Positions 1 to 11,279 of a stretch of DNA of 64,000 nucleotides are shown piece after piece; position 1 is the first letter of the stretch; every line of letters begins with the position of its first letter. The translations under genes and the position numbers were made by a program. This DNA is from an uncultured Acidobacteriota bacterium (GTDB lineage: Bacteria; Acidobacteriota; Thermoanaerobaculia; Gp7-AA8). The DNA is taken from assembly GCA_963741955.1 (NCBI GenBank), contig CAVUKB010000010.1:448001-512000 (forward strand). Direction: 5' to 3'. The notes under the pieces were generated by a model, which was not told the DNA's origin, made no database searches, and saw only the letters and a program-made list of their open reading frames with translations.

Positions 1-1
1 T

Positions 2-550
2 GAGCACATCGTTCGTCTGATGGCGGGCAGCTGTGAGCGTCCGATCATTTTCCCGCTCTCCAATCCGACCTCGAAGAGCGAGTGCACTGCAGAGGAAGCG
101 ATCCACTGGTCGGACGGCCGGGCGATCGTGGCGACCGGTAGCCCGTTCGATCCGGTGATCTACGAAGGCAAGCGGACCCGCATCGGCCAGTGCAACAACG
201 CGTTCATCTTCCCCGGTGTGGGTCTGGGGGTGTGTGTCAGCCGGGCCACGCACGTGAGCGACGGGATGTTCCTCGCCGCGGCGAAGGCGCTCGCGGAACA
301 CGTGACCTCGTCCGATCTCGCCGAGTCGGCGGTCTATCCGAAGCTCTCCACGATTCGCGACTGCTCGTTCTCCGTCGCGACCGCAGTGGTCCGCCGCGCG
401 GTCGCCGACGGGTTCGCCGAACCCGGCATCCTGATGAACCTCGACAAGATGGTGCGGAACGCGATGTGGTTCCCGGAGTATCTCCCCATCCGTTACGAGC
501 GCCGTTCGGAGTCTTCCCGCGAGTACCTCGAAGTCGTCATGGGCGAATAG
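2..550 (+). CDS. NAD(P)-dependent malic enzyme, C-terminal part (truncated by window start)
   Basis: Motifs RPIIFPLSNPT, ATGSPF and GQCNNAFIFPGVGLG; frame open from window edge. Confidence 0.93.
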   Translation, partial: EHIVRLMAGSCERPIIFPLSNPTSKSECTAEEAIHWSDGRAIVATGSPFDPVIYEGKRTRIGQCNNAFIFPGVGLGVCVSRATHVSDGMFLAAAKALAEHVTSSDLAESAVYPKLSTIRDCSFSVATAVVRRAVADGFAEPGILMNLDKMVRNAMWFPEYLPIRYERRSESSREYLEVVMGE

Positions 551-556
551 ACCGGC

Positions 557-588
557 CGGGAGAGGAGCGCAATGGCGCTCCTCTCCCG
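557..588 (+). terminator. GC-rich hairpin after malic enzyme stop, terminator-like
   Basis: Perfect 14-bp stem CGGGAGAGGAGCGC/GCGCTCCTCTCCCG, 4-nt loop, no clear U-tract. Confidence 0.5.
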
Positions 589-794
589 CCGCCGAAGAAG
601 AGGTCTGAAGGCGAATCGGGCAGTCATCGAGGTGATCCGGGCGATCCGCTTTCTCGCTACGGACGTTTCTACCGCGCGGGCTAGCGCGACGCGACGGACG
701 TGAACCGGCGACGAAATTCTTCGGGCTCGCCTCCCGGTAACCGGGAGAGGAACGCCGCCGAGCGAGCAAGTGTGCCGGCCGTGCAGACGCGATG

Positions 795-1310
<516 letters not shown>

Positions 1311-1417
1311 CAGATTGAATTCGACGCCGGATCGCAGCGTCGCGTATGAAGGTACGCCCGCCCGCAAGGCGGTTCATGAGGGAACTCTGATGATTCGGTG
1401 ATGGCGGAGCCTGGATT

Positions 1418-4400
1418 TCAGTGGACGGTGGTGGAGGAGCCGTCGGAATCGGACTCTTGCTCCAGGTCGGAGGAACAGGCGGTCGCAGAATCCCGTGCGC
1501 GATCGAGCGCCAGGTCGAGGAGTACGGCGACGGAACGTCTCCCCGCACATTCTGCAACGAGACCCGCCGCCGCATCCCTCAGCTCCGTCGTCGCGCGGCT
1601 GGCTTCTCCGGCGGCGAGAAGGCACTCGCCGAGCACAGCGGCGGCGCGCCAGCGTTCACCCAGTCGGGACGTGCGGAGGAGAGCGGCCGCCTCACGAGCT
1701 CGATCGAGAGCCGCGCTGAGCTCGCCCTGCATCAGCTCCGAGCGCGCCATCTCGCACCATGCGAGAGCGATCCCGTCGCGATTGTTCAGTTCGGAGGCGA
1801 TCCCCGCAGCCTCTCCGGCGACGCGGAATGCTTTCGCGCAGTCTTTGATCCGGATCTCCATGCGAGCCAGATCCGTGAGGATGCGGAATTCGTCGTCGCG
1901 GTCGCCGATCTGGCGGACCATCGTCAATGCATTGAGGAGCAGAGGTTCGGCCCCGGCGCAATCGCCTCGCTCGACCAGGCACCGCCCGAGCAGCCAGAGA
2001 GTCTCCGCCTCACAGTGGGTGTCTCCGATCTCGCCCAGGTTCTCGAGCGTCTGGCGAAGGTACTCTTCGGCCTCGTCGTATCGTCCCTGACCGATGCGGG
2101 CCTGACCGAGGCCCATGTTCGATTTTGCTTCGCCGGCGACGTCGCCGATTCGACGGAATTCGTTCCGTGCGCGGAGAGCCAGGTCGATCGCTTCTTCGTA
2201 CTTCCCTCGTGAGAGCTCGATCCAGTGGAGGCGCCGGAGCAGAAGCGCTCTGCGGCGGACGTTCACCGCAGGCTCTGTGCTCTCGAGAGCCCGGCTCAGG
2301 AGCTCCGAGCCTCGTTCGTAGTCGCCCTGCAGTGCCGTGGCCCAGCCGAGAATGCCGAACGCCAGAGAGGCGAGTTGACTGCGGGGGTCCAGCCGCTCGA
2401 GTGCGGAGGTGAGAAGCTCGTGGGCGTCGTCGTAACGTCCGCGGGCGGCCTCGACTCCTCCGAGCTCGATCAGTGCGCGATGCTCGCCTGCAGAGCTTCC
2501 GACGTTCCGGAATGCCTCGATCGATTCCTGAAGGACGGTCGCGGCTTCGCGGTAACGGCTCAACGCCGTCTGTGCACGTCCACGCAGAAGGAGGAGATCT
2601 CCACGCGTGGCCCGCGGCACGTCCGACGATGCGAGCGCGCGCTCGACCACTTCGTCCGCCTCCTTCAGCCGGCCGAGCGAAAGGAGAGTTTCTCCCAATG
2701 CCAGCGCAAGCGCACTATCCTCCTCGGCTGAAAGCCGCCGGTTCGAGCTCCCGGCGAGCCGCTCCGCGGCACGACGCGCGCGCTCGACGGCAGTCAGCGC
2801 CTGGCGCCACTCCCAACGCCCGCTCGCCGCCTGCCACGCTCGCATCGACGTGGTGAACGTCAGTCGAGTCTCTCCGGCCGCTTCGTAGTGAACGCTCAGT
2901 GCGTCGGCGACCCGATCGAGCTCACCTGCATACACTTCTTCCAGTGCCCGTGCGGCCTTTGCGTGGAGAGAACGACGCTGCCAGTCCGAGAGCCGATCGT
3001 AGACGGTACGGCGGATCAGCGTGTGATAGAAGCGTCCGTCCTCGCCGGGCGTGAGAGCGCGGCGCGTGAGCACGCCCTCCGCCACGCCCCGCTCGATCAG
3101 AACCTCGGCTTCGCGTTCCTCGACCTTCGCGATTCGGGAGAGAGTCGGAATTCTGAATTCGTCACCGATGACCGCTGCGGCGTCGATCAGCGATCGAACG
3201 TGCGGGTCGAGTCGTTCCAGGCGTGCTTCAGCGAGCAGCACCAGGCTGTCCGGTAGCCTGACTCGATCTCTGCCGGTCCAGCGCCAGCGGTGGTTCTCCC
3301 GATCGGCCACGAGCACGCCGTCCGAGATGAGCAACCGGAGCGTCTCCATCAGGAAGTACGGATTCCCCCGACAGAGGTCGTAGATCGAATCGAGCTGGGG
3401 TTCGGGAATTACCGGTGCTGTCGCGGCTCCGAACACCGCGTCGACGGCGTCTCGGCAACGCTCTCTCGTCAACGGCTCGAGACGAAGTGTCGTGAAGCTC
3501 CGGTATCCGGCTTCTTTCCGCATCCAGCGTGCGATGGGGCGGGTGGTGGATGCGAGGTCTTCGCTGCGCAGGATTCCGACCAGCAGAAGTGGATCGCCTT
3601 CCGGAGCGCGGAGCAGCCACGAAACGAGGTCGAGATCCGCCTCGGTCGCCCACTGCAGATCGTCGGCGATCAGCACGAGCGGCCGTTCGCGCGACAGCTC
3701 CTGAATGCAGCGGCCGATCGTCACGATCATTCCATACGAATCACCCAGCGATGCAGCCGACTGCGGGTCCACTGACGGCCCGCCGCTGGAGCGGTTCGAC
3801 AGGTCTACGCCCCAGCGGCGATGGATCCGGTCGAGCGCATCCGTCGCCGGGTTCGCAGGACTCCCTTCGCCTGCGGTTCGAGCGAGAAGGTCGATGAACG
3901 ATTCGTACGGTGCGAGCTGACTTCCTCCGTAATCGAAGAAGCGAACGTAAAGCGTGCGGACTCCAGTGGACGAGATTTCGCGCTCGAACCGTCGCGCGAG
4001 CTGCGTCTTTCCGATTCCCGCGTCACCCAGGATCATCACCGGGCGCGGTTGACCGGTGATCGCGTTGCGAAGTTCGCTGGAGAGGATCGCGAGCTCCAGC
4101 TCGCGTCCGGTGAGCTGGTCGAAATCGGGATCCGGCATCCCGGAACGCTCAGGCTCGGCGGCGACGGTGCGATCCACCGATGCGACGAAACGATAGCCGC
4201 GCCCGTGGTACGTGGCGATGAATCGCGCCGAACTGGGAGTGTCCCCGAGAGCGCGCCGGGCTTGAGAGATCGCTCGTTTGAGGACTCCGTCGGTGGTGAA
4301 TACGTCCGGCCAGAGCGCGTCGAGCAGCTCTTCTTTGGGAACCACACGGTCACTGTGATGCGCCAGATAGCGGATCACCTTCACCGCTTGCGGTTCGAGA

Positions 4401-4492
4401 GCCACCACTTCGTCATCTCGATACAGGAGATCGACCTCTGCAGGAATGGAGTGAGAGGCGAAGCGAAGCGTTTCCCGGCGCGAGTCGGACAT
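1418..4492 (-). CDS. Winged-helix + AAA ATPase + TPR transcriptional regulator (STAND-like)
   Basis: OmpR/CadC-type wHTH (ELLDALWP...IATYHGRGYRF), Walker A GDAGIGKT, Walker B LVLIADDLQW, GNPYF, TPR-like C-terminus. Confidence 0.88.
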   Translation of the reverse strand: MSDSRRETLRFASHSIPAEVDLLYRDDEVVALEPQAVKVIRYLAHHSDRVVPKEELLDALWPDVFTTDGVLKRAISQARRALGDTPSSARFIATYHGRGYRFVASVDRTVAAEPERSGMPDPDFDQLTGRELELAILSSELRNAITGQPRPVMILGDAGIGKTQLARRFEREISSTGVRTLYVRFFDYGGSQLAPYESFIDLLARTAGEGSPANPATDALDRIHRRWGVDLSNRSSGGPSVDPQSAASLGDSYGMIVTIGRCIQELSRERPLVLIADDLQWATEADLDLVSWLLRAPEGDPLLLVGILRSEDLASTTRPIARWMRKEAGYRSFTTLRLEPLTRERCRDAVDAVFGAATAPVIPEPQLDSIYDLCRGNPYFLMETLRLLISDGVLVADRENHRWRWTGRDRVRLPDSLVLLAEARLERLDPHVRSLIDAAAVIGDEFRIPTLSRIAKVEEREAEVLIERGVAEGVLTRRALTPGEDGRFYHTLIRRTVYDRLSDWQRRSLHAKAARALEEVYAGELDRVADALSVHYEAAGETRLTFTTSMRAWQAASGRWEWRQALTAVERARRAAERLAGSSNRRLSAEEDSALALALGETLLSLGRLKEADEVVERALASSDVPRATRGDLLLLRGRAQTALSRYREAATVLQESIEAFRNVGSSAGEHRALIELGGVEAARGRYDDAHELLTSALERLDPRSQLASLAFGILGWATALQGDYERGSELLSRALESTEPAVNVRRRALLLRRLHWIELSRGKYEEAIDLALRARNEFRRIGDVAGEAKSNMGLGQARIGQGRYDEAEEYLRQTLENLGEIGDTHCEAETLWLLGRCLVERGDCAGAEPLLLNALTMVRQIGDRDDEFRILTDLARMEIRIKDCAKAFRVAGEAAGIASELNNRDGIALAWCEMARSELMQGELSAALDRAREAAALLRTSRLGERWRAAAVLGECLLAAGEASRATTELRDAAAGLVAECAGRRSVAVLLDLALDRARDSATACSSDLEQESDSDGSSTTVH

Positions 4493-4723
4493 CCGTCTCC
4501 TCGAAGTCGATTCGAGAGGTGAACTGCGAATTCAGGGATGTGTTCATTATATGAGAAGACGGCAATCCACGCAGAATGGCGGGCTCAGCGAGAACCGTCG
4601 CCGCGTTCGAAGGCCATCCGGTCAGTCCGATCCCCTCACGGCATCATCACCGAAACATCACGACACCAGATGCCGCTGGAGCGATCCTGCAGTGCAGATC
4701 GAGCTCACAGGAGGAGGTCGCCC

Positions 4724-5278
4724 ATGTCCCGGCAAATCGGAAGATCCATCACTCTCGCGCTGATCGTCGGAATGTTCACCGTGCCGCTTCTCCCGCAGGT
4801 GCGCGAGGACGGGGCGCCGGTCCGGGTCACCAACGGTTCGGACAATCCGGTCGCGGTGACGGTGGTCGGAGATCCTGATGCGAGGTTCTGCCCGCGGACG
4901 TGCGGGACGTTTCAGGTCGTCAAACACCTCCAGTTCATCAACGGAGTCTCTCAGGTCTACATCGAAATTCCGCGCGGCACGCGTCTGGTGGTCCACCAGT
5001 TGTCGGTTCGGGTCGGTGGACCGAAGGGAGCTCGTGTCGACGTCGGCGTTCAGCTCCATTTCGGTGGAGAGAACCAACTGGTGCCGCTGGAGCTGACGAA
5101 ATTCAGCGCGCCGGACGAGGACGTGTGGGCGTGCAGCCGGGAGATCCGAATGTTTCACGAGAATCGGGCCACGCCGGAAAGCTCGCCCGATTACCTCATC
5201 GTCTTCGCATACATCTCGAACAATGCCGGGAGTCCCTACCTTCACGCATTCGTCTCCGGCAATCTCGAACCGATCTGA
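4724..5278 (+). CDS. Secreted hypothetical protein
   Basis: GGAGG RBS, hydrophobic signal-like N-terminus, beta-rich body. Confidence 0.7.
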   Translation: MSRQIGRSITLALIVGMFTVPLLPQVREDGAPVRVTNGSDNPVAVTVVGDPDARFCPRTCGTFQVVKHLQFINGVSQVYIEIPRGTRLVVHQLSVRVGGPKGARVDVGVQLHFGGENQLVPLELTKFSAPDEDVWACSREIRMFHENRATPESSPDYLIVFAYISNNAGSPYLHAFVSGNLEPI

Positions 5279-5347
5279 GGTGAAGAGCAAAGGAGCGCGA
5301 GTAACACCACGAAGATGTGGACGGCCGAGCATCGATTCGCAGCGTGC

Positions 5348-5473
5348 ATGCAGAACAAGGGGGGATACCTCTATACCTTGAACACCAAAGGCTTCTCGCC
5401 CGGCAATTACAGTCTCGTATTCAGCGTGAACGGAGATCCGGTGAATCACGTCGCTCCGTTCAGGGTGAAGTGA
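5348..5473 (+). pseudogene. Relic C-terminus resembling a PxKF-type domain
   Basis: Manual translation GGYLYTLNTKGFSPGNYSLVFSVNGDPVNHVAPFRVK*. Confidence 0.45.
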
Positions 5474-5503
5474 AAATCAGGCAGTTCCATCGGAGGTCGT
5501 GAC

Positions 5504-5989
5504 ATGCCGACGTTTCAGATCCGCGACGACAAACGTTTGCTCGAGATCGGTCGCGACGAGCAGCCCGTTGCCACGCTCCGGAGGAGTTGGTTCATGCCGA
5601 AGATGACCGGGGAGATCGAGCAGGCCCGAGTCCAGATCGCGTGGCCAGCCCCCTGGAACGGCCTCCGATGGCACCTGACTCTGAACGGGCTCGATCTGGC
5701 CACCGCGACGAATCCTCGTGAAGGAATCACGAGGAACCTCGCGACGTTCGAGGTCGACTTTCAGGGACGACAACTCCGGCTGGAGACTGAGGATCACGCC
5801 GGCTTCGCGTACGCGCTCCAGGAGCTGGGTCGTACGTGTGGTGGCGTCACCCTCCGTCCGTTCGATCCGAACGCGCGCTGGTGGAGTGATTTCGAAGTCC
5901 CCGAAGGGCTTCCGCTCGCGGTGGTCTCCTTCCTCGCCTGTCTGATCCGCGAAGGCGGAATTCGACAGCGCGAGCGGTACAAAGTCTGA
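5504..5989 (+). CDS. Hypothetical protein
   Basis: GGAGG RBS, 161 aa with protein-like composition. Confidence 0.65.
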   Translation: MPTFQIRDDKRLLEIGRDEQPVATLRRSWFMPKMTGEIEQARVQIAWPAPWNGLRWHLTLNGLDLATATNPREGITRNLATFEVDFQGRQLRLETEDHAGFAYALQELGRTCGGVTLRPFDPNARWWSDFEVPEGLPLAVVSFLACLIREGGIRQRERYKV

Positions 5990-6049
5990 AGTCGATCCGA
6001 TTGTCCGATTTCGGAAGTTCGCTTCTCAGGCGGTGAAGTCGATGGCGCG

Positions 6050-6466
6050 TTACGAGTCCACCGGGACCAGCATGTTCGCATCGCGCGCCAGGACCCAGCG
6101 ACCGTTCTCCTTCTTCAGAACGGTGAGGGTGTGCCCGGCACGCCTCGCCGGTTTCCCTCCATGCGGGGTGACGGCGACGGCGAGCTTGGTCCACATGAAC
6201 GCCCACTCCCCGAAGATGCGGATTTCCTGAATCTCGCTTCTCCCGTCGATGAGCGGCGGATCCGTCGCCGACTGCGCGCGCGCGGCCACTTCGAAGTCGA
6301 CTTTACGCATCACCGGCTGACCCGGAAGCAGGAACACCGCATCTTCGGCGATGAGCGACAGCACGGTGTCGACGTCGCCGGCCTTCGTCGCTTCCATCCA
6401 GCTGGAGATCAACTCCCGGATCTCCCGTTCGTCCGTATTCATCGGCACACTTTTCTCCTCCGACAA
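6050..6466 (-). CDS. SgcJ/EcaC-like (SnoaL/NTF2 fold, DUF4440) protein
   Basis: WMEATKAGDVDTVLSL...GHTLTVLKKENGRWVLARDAN; start may be the second Met. Confidence 0.85.
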   Translation of the reverse strand: MSEEKSVPMNTDEREIRELISSWMEATKAGDVDTVLSLIAEDAVFLLPGQPVMRKVDFEVAARAQSATDPPLIDGRSEIQEIRIFGEWAFMWTKLAVAVTPHGGKPARRAGHTLTVLKKENGRWVLARDANMLVPVDS

Positions 6467-6605
6467 ATCAGATGCAAGGCGGAGACCCTGGCTGGGGCCG
6501 GACCGTCAGGATCGCGGTGCAGTGACGATCAGCCCGTCATGCCAGCCCATTCCCCCCATCGCCGGTGTACGATCGTTGCACGAGCGAATCCTGACCGGAG
6601 GACCC

Positions 6606-7607
6606 ATGCAATACGTTCGACTCGGCAACACCGGACTCACCGTCTCCCGCATCTGCCTCGGCTGCATGAGTTACGGTGACCCCACCGCCGCGCTTCCCGG
6701 CGAGGAGCCGCGATTCAACTGGGCACTGAGCGAAGAGGCCGCGCGTCCCTTCTTCAAACGCGCGCTCGAGCTCGGAATCAACTTCTTCGACACTGCGAAC
6801 GTCTACTCACTCGGGGCGAGCGAAGAGATCACCGGCCGCGCACTGCACGACTTCGCGCGTCGGGAGGACGTCGTTCTCGCGACGAAAGTATGGGGGGCGA
6901 TGCGTCCCGGACCGAACGGGCACGGCCTCTCGCGAAAAGCGATCCTTCACGAGATCGACGCGAGCCTCCGGCGGCTCGGTACGGATTACGTCGATCTCTA
7001 TCAGATCCACCGGTGGGATCCCGAAACGCCGATCGAGGAGACGATGGAGGCGCTGCACGACGTGGTCCGCGCCGGAAAGGCGCGCTACATAGGCGCGTCA
7101 TCGATGCACGCGTGGCAGTTCGCGAAGGCGAACCACGTCGCCGAAGTGCACGGGTGGACGCGCTTCGTCTCCATGCAGAACCACTACAACCTCCTCTACC
7201 GCGAAGAGGAACGGGAGATGGTGCCGCTCTGTGTCGATCAGGGTGTCGGGATGATTCCGTGGAGCCCGCTCGCGCGGGGACATCTCGCACGAGCGCCCGA
7301 GTCGGGAGCGACGAAGCGCTCGAGCGTGGACCGCTTCGCCCGCAGCCTCTATGGCTCGATGCCGGAAGCGGACGATCGCGTGATCACCGCACTCGATGCC
7401 CTCTCGACGTCACGCGGCGCGCCGCATGCGGAGCTCGCGCTGGCGTGGCTGCTACAGAAGCCGGGCGTCACGGCACCGATTGTCGGCGCGACGAAGATGG
7501 AGCATCTCGAATCCGCGGTGCGTTCGGTCGACGTCACTCTGACGGACGAGGAGATTGCGGCGCTCGAGTCCCCTTACGTGCCTCACCCGATCGCGGGATT
7601 CAGCTGA
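6606..7607 (+). CDS. Aldo/keto reductase
   Basis: LGNTGLTVSRICLGCM, GINFFDTANVY, DYVDLYQIH, IPWSPLARG. Confidence 0.95.
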   Translation: MQYVRLGNTGLTVSRICLGCMSYGDPTAALPGEEPRFNWALSEEAARPFFKRALELGINFFDTANVYSLGASEEITGRALHDFARREDVVLATKVWGAMRPGPNGHGLSRKAILHEIDASLRRLGTDYVDLYQIHRWDPETPIEETMEALHDVVRAGKARYIGASSMHAWQFAKANHVAEVHGWTRFVSMQNHYNLLYREEEREMVPLCVDQGVGMIPWSPLARGHLARAPESGATKRSSVDRFARSLYGSMPEADDRVITALDALSTSRGAPHAELALAWLLQKPGVTAPIVGATKMEHLESAVRSVDVTLTDEEIAALESPYVPHPIAGFS

Positions 7608-7654
7608 GATGGTGTGGCCGGCGCGTCGAGTGGTCTGAAGAGCGGGTCGTTCGA

Positions 7655-8506
7655 TCAGTCGCCCAGGGATGCGGCCTCGAACGTCTCGCACTGACCGATG
7701 TCTCCCGTCTCGAATCCGCGACGGAACCAGAACGTCCGCTGGGTGGATGATCCATGCGTGAAGGAGTCAGGGGTGACTTCACGACCGGTTCCGCGCTCGA
7801 GGCGGTCGTCGCCGATTGCGCTCGCTGCATTCAGCGCCTCTTCGAGATCGCCCTGCTCGAGGACATTGCGCTCGGACGCGCTGTGGCCCCATACACCTGC
7901 GTAGCAGTCCGCCTGCAGCTCGAGCCGAACCGACAGCGCGTTCGCCTCCCTCTGGTTCGACCGCGCCTCGGCCTGGTGGACGTCTTGCGCTCGTCCGAGA
8001 AGACTTTGTACGTGGTGCCCGACCTCGTGCGCGATCACGTACGCCTGGGCGAAGTCACCGGGAGCTCCGAACCGGTCCTTCAACTCGCGATAGAACTCGA
8101 GATCGATGTAGACCGCCTGGTCCGACGGACAGTAAAAGGGACCGGTCGCCGATTCCGCCAGACCGCAAGCCGATCGCGTCGCTCCGGAAAAGAGGACGAG
8201 CTTCGGGGGATCGTACGTCCGGCCGAGTTGGTCGCTGAAAATCTGCGACCAGGTGTCTTCCGTATCGGCGAGGACCACGGAGACGAAGTCGGCCATCGGA
8301 TCCGCGGGACGGGACTCCGTCGAGGTCTGTTGCGGCGACGCCTGGTTTTCCGGGGCCGATTGCATGAGTGCCCGGGGATCGACGCCGAAAATGAGAGCGA
8401 CGATCAGAAGAACGAGGCCGCCGATCCCGCCTCCGGCCAGAAGCGGAATCCTCGAGCCCCGCCGGTCCTCCACGTTCGTGCTGCGTCTCCCCATCTGCCA
8501 TCGCAT
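7655..8506 (-). CDS. Neutral zinc metallopeptidase (YpfJ family)
   Basis: STNVEDRR, GPFYCP, AHEVGHH, LELQADCYAG, FTHGSS. Confidence 0.93.
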   Translation of the reverse strand: MRWQMGRRSTNVEDRRGSRIPLLAGGGIGGLVLLIVALIFGVDPRALMQSAPENQASPQQTSTESRPADPMADFVSVVLADTEDTWSQIFSDQLGRTYDPPKLVLFSGATRSACGLAESATGPFYCPSDQAVYIDLEFYRELKDRFGAPGDFAQAYVIAHEVGHHVQSLLGRAQDVHQAEARSNQREANALSVRLELQADCYAGVWGHSASERNVLEQGDLEEALNAASAIGDDRLERGTGREVTPDSFTHGSSTQRTFWFRRGFETGDIGQCETFEAASLGD

Positions 8507-9031
8507 GAGCCGGCACCCTGCAAGTGTGATGCTCAGAGCGTTCGGGGTGGAATCGCCCCCGGCTTCGCGTTCATCTTCCTTGGAGAATCTGCGATCAGAG
8601 CCGGTGGAAGACCACGGGTACGAGTGATGTGGGGAGTCGATCGTTGCACGCGTTGTACTTGCCTGCCGAACACACAGCAGAGGTGACGCGACGAACCCCG
8701 AGCGGACACGCCCCACTCCGACTCGGATGGAGGCCGGAATTGGCCGGGTTGCCGATCCGGACGAAAAACGTCGCGTTCCTGTTCTCGTCGAACGAATCGC
8801 GACTGAAGTTCTACGATTTCACGCGAACGCGATCAGGTCGTCGCGCTGCGGGTCTGCGCGGCAACTTGCGCACAAGAATATCGTCGTGCCGCGTGAGGTG
8901 TGAACGCGGCTTCAATCCGTCCATTGTGATCGATTTCATTGCATGCCGCATGTCACGAATCGTCCACAATGAAGACTGGCGGGTTGTCGCTGCGAGTCAT
9001 GTGCTCGAAAATGAGAGAAAAGGAGGTTCTC

Positions 9032-9961
9032 ATGCGACACGCTTCGACAGGCCTGGTGACTCTCGCTCTGGTCCTCCTCTCCACCGTCGTGCCTCTGATG
9101 GCGACGACTCCACCGTCGAATTCGAGTGAAGGTGAACGGAAGGCACTCCTCGATGAGCTGATGCGGAGCGTCGACGTGAACTTCATGGTGGAATCCGTAG
9201 TCCATGAGAACTTCGCTGCAACCGAAGACCCACCGCCGATCAGCGAAGAGGCCGGAATCAGCGCGGGGGATGCCGAGCGTTACCGGAAGGCGCAGCAGGA
9301 GATCTCGCGAAGACAGCGGGAGGTGGTCGACCGCAGTTTGGCGCGTCTCGACCGGCAGAAGGTCGCAGAAGCGGTCATTCGCCCGGCATTCGACGCGACG
9401 TTCTCGACCGCCGAGCTTCGCGAGCTCGTGGCGTTCTACCGGACCCGAACGGGTTCGAAGATGGCGGAGCTCGGACCCGCACTGATGATTCGAGTGATGG
9501 CGCAGAGCATGGACGAGCTCCGGCCGATCTTCGGGGAAGTGACCGGGGAGATGCGGGAGGAGGACGAGCAGAACGAACCGAAGTGGAAGCGGACCATGGC
9601 GGAGATGAGGATGATCGCGACGGCAGCGGAAGCGTACGCCGTTGACAACAACGCCTACCCCGACGCGAACACGATCGATTCGCTCGCCGCTCTTCTCTCT
9701 CCGACGTACATCCGCGAGTTTCCTCGGAAAGACGGCTGGGGGAACGAATACCGCTTCGTCGTCTCGGCCGATCGGACCCACTACCGGATCGTGAGCGCGG
9801 GCGAGGATGGCGAGTTTCAGTGGGACAGCGATTCCCTCCTCGCCGCCGGTCAGCCTCGAAGCGGTGTTCGGATCACCCGCGACGGAGCGGACGACATCAT
9901 CTACCAGGACGGATCGTTCGTTCAGGTTCCCGCCGAAGGAGCTCAGTCGCCGGAATTCTGA
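9032..9961 (+). CDS. Exported DUF2059-like + GspG-like domain fusion protein
   Basis: Signal peptide; FSTAELRELVAFYRTRTGSK (DUF2059-like); YAVDNNAYP...DGWGNEYRF...SAGEDG (T2SS-G-like). Confidence 0.75.
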   Translation: MRHASTGLVTLALVLLSTVVPLMATTPPSNSSEGERKALLDELMRSVDVNFMVESVVHENFAATEDPPPISEEAGISAGDAERYRKAQQEISRRQREVVDRSLARLDRQKVAEAVIRPAFDATFSTAELRELVAFYRTRTGSKMAELGPALMIRVMAQSMDELRPIFGEVTGEMREEDEQNEPKWKRTMAEMRMIATAAEAYAVDNNAYPDANTIDSLAALLSPTYIREFPRKDGWGNEYRFVVSADRTHYRIVSAGEDGEFQWDSDSLLAAGQPRSGVRITRDGADDIIYQDGSFVQVPAEGAQSPEF

Positions 9962-11123
9962 TGGAGGTCATGCGCTCCTCCCGCGATTGTCGTCACTGCC
10001 CCGGTTGTCGAATCGATCGCGCGGATCGTGCATTCGTTCGTGTCGGTGACGAGAATGCGTCCATCTGCGGTCGTTGCCATGTATTGGGGGGTGGCGAACG
10101 GCACGTTGGACGAAACGTAACCAGGGAGTCCCCGGTCGACGGGCTGGCCACCACGTACGCTGACGTTCAGATCGGGGGTGACTTCGTAGACCGCGGAACC
10201 GGAGATCAGTAAGACGGTTCCCTGGGGATCGAAGGTGATCGACGTGATCTGAGCGGGGAAGGAAGGGAGAGAGAGCGTCGTCACCTCACCCATCGGCGAG
10301 ATCCGGCGGAGACGTCCATTGTCTCCGACGTACACCGTTCCATCCGGTGCGACACCGACACCCCATGGATGCGCGAACCGGGCTTCGCTTCCGGTGCCGT
10401 CGTTCGTTCCATACGAGCCCGGCATTCCTGCGAACGTGGTCGTCGTTCCGTCCGGACTCATCTTATAGACGGCACGTGCTCCGTCATCGGACAGGTAGAG
10501 ATTCCCCGCGGCGTCGCAGGCAAGGCCTTTGAGATCCTTGAACGGCCCCGATCGACTGCCGGTGGAGCCGTCGGGCGCGAACTTCAGGATCGCGTTGTGC
10601 TGGATGACGTAGAGGTTCCCGTCGGGTCCGGCCGCGATTCCGCGAGGAAACTCAATCTTGGTTTCGGTTCCGGCGACCGTCGTCACCAGTCCGTCCACGC
10701 CGACTTTGCGCAATGACCATTCGTCTGCGACGTAGAGATCGCCGGACGGTCCGAGCGCGATACCCACGATGCGCGCAAATCGAGCCGCGGCACGGGCTCC
10801 ATCTTTCGGAACCCAGAATCCCGGGATTCCGGCCAGCGTCGTCACCTCGTCGCCGGAGATCTTTCGGACCGAGTACGAGTCGGCCACGATGAGGTCCCCC
10901 GCGGCATCGACGGCGACTCCGCGCGGATCGAGTCGCTCCTCTCCTCCCGACCCGTCGAACCATCCCGGACCTCCGGTCGAACCGGCAAAGAACGCGAAGT
11001 TGTATCCGAGGAGATCGTGGTCGGGCGGGGTTGCCTCTTTCGAGCTGCTCTGATCGGCCGCAAGAATCGAAAACACCGGGACAGCAATCAGAAAGAGCGA
11101 AAGCGAGAACGCACCCGAACCAT
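9943..11123 (-). pseudogene. NHL-repeat protein, probably frameshifted near its start and 3'-truncated
   Basis: Repeats PRGVAVDAAGDLIVAD, PRGIAAGPDGNLYV, PWGVGVAPDGTVYV; ATG at 11123 is out of frame with the body; stop lies inside the convergent gene. Confidence 0.6.
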
Positions 11124-11279
11124 TGGTGGTGAGTGCGCCGAGTGATTCTCCTCCCGGCGGTGCGAGGTTGCAATGGTCGTGGCACGTAACCCGTGACCGG
11201 AGCCGACTCGATGGCATCGTCCGATGGCTCGTTCGCTTCCGGTGAGGTGAAGGGAGTTGGCGGGTTCCGGCGTCTCTTC

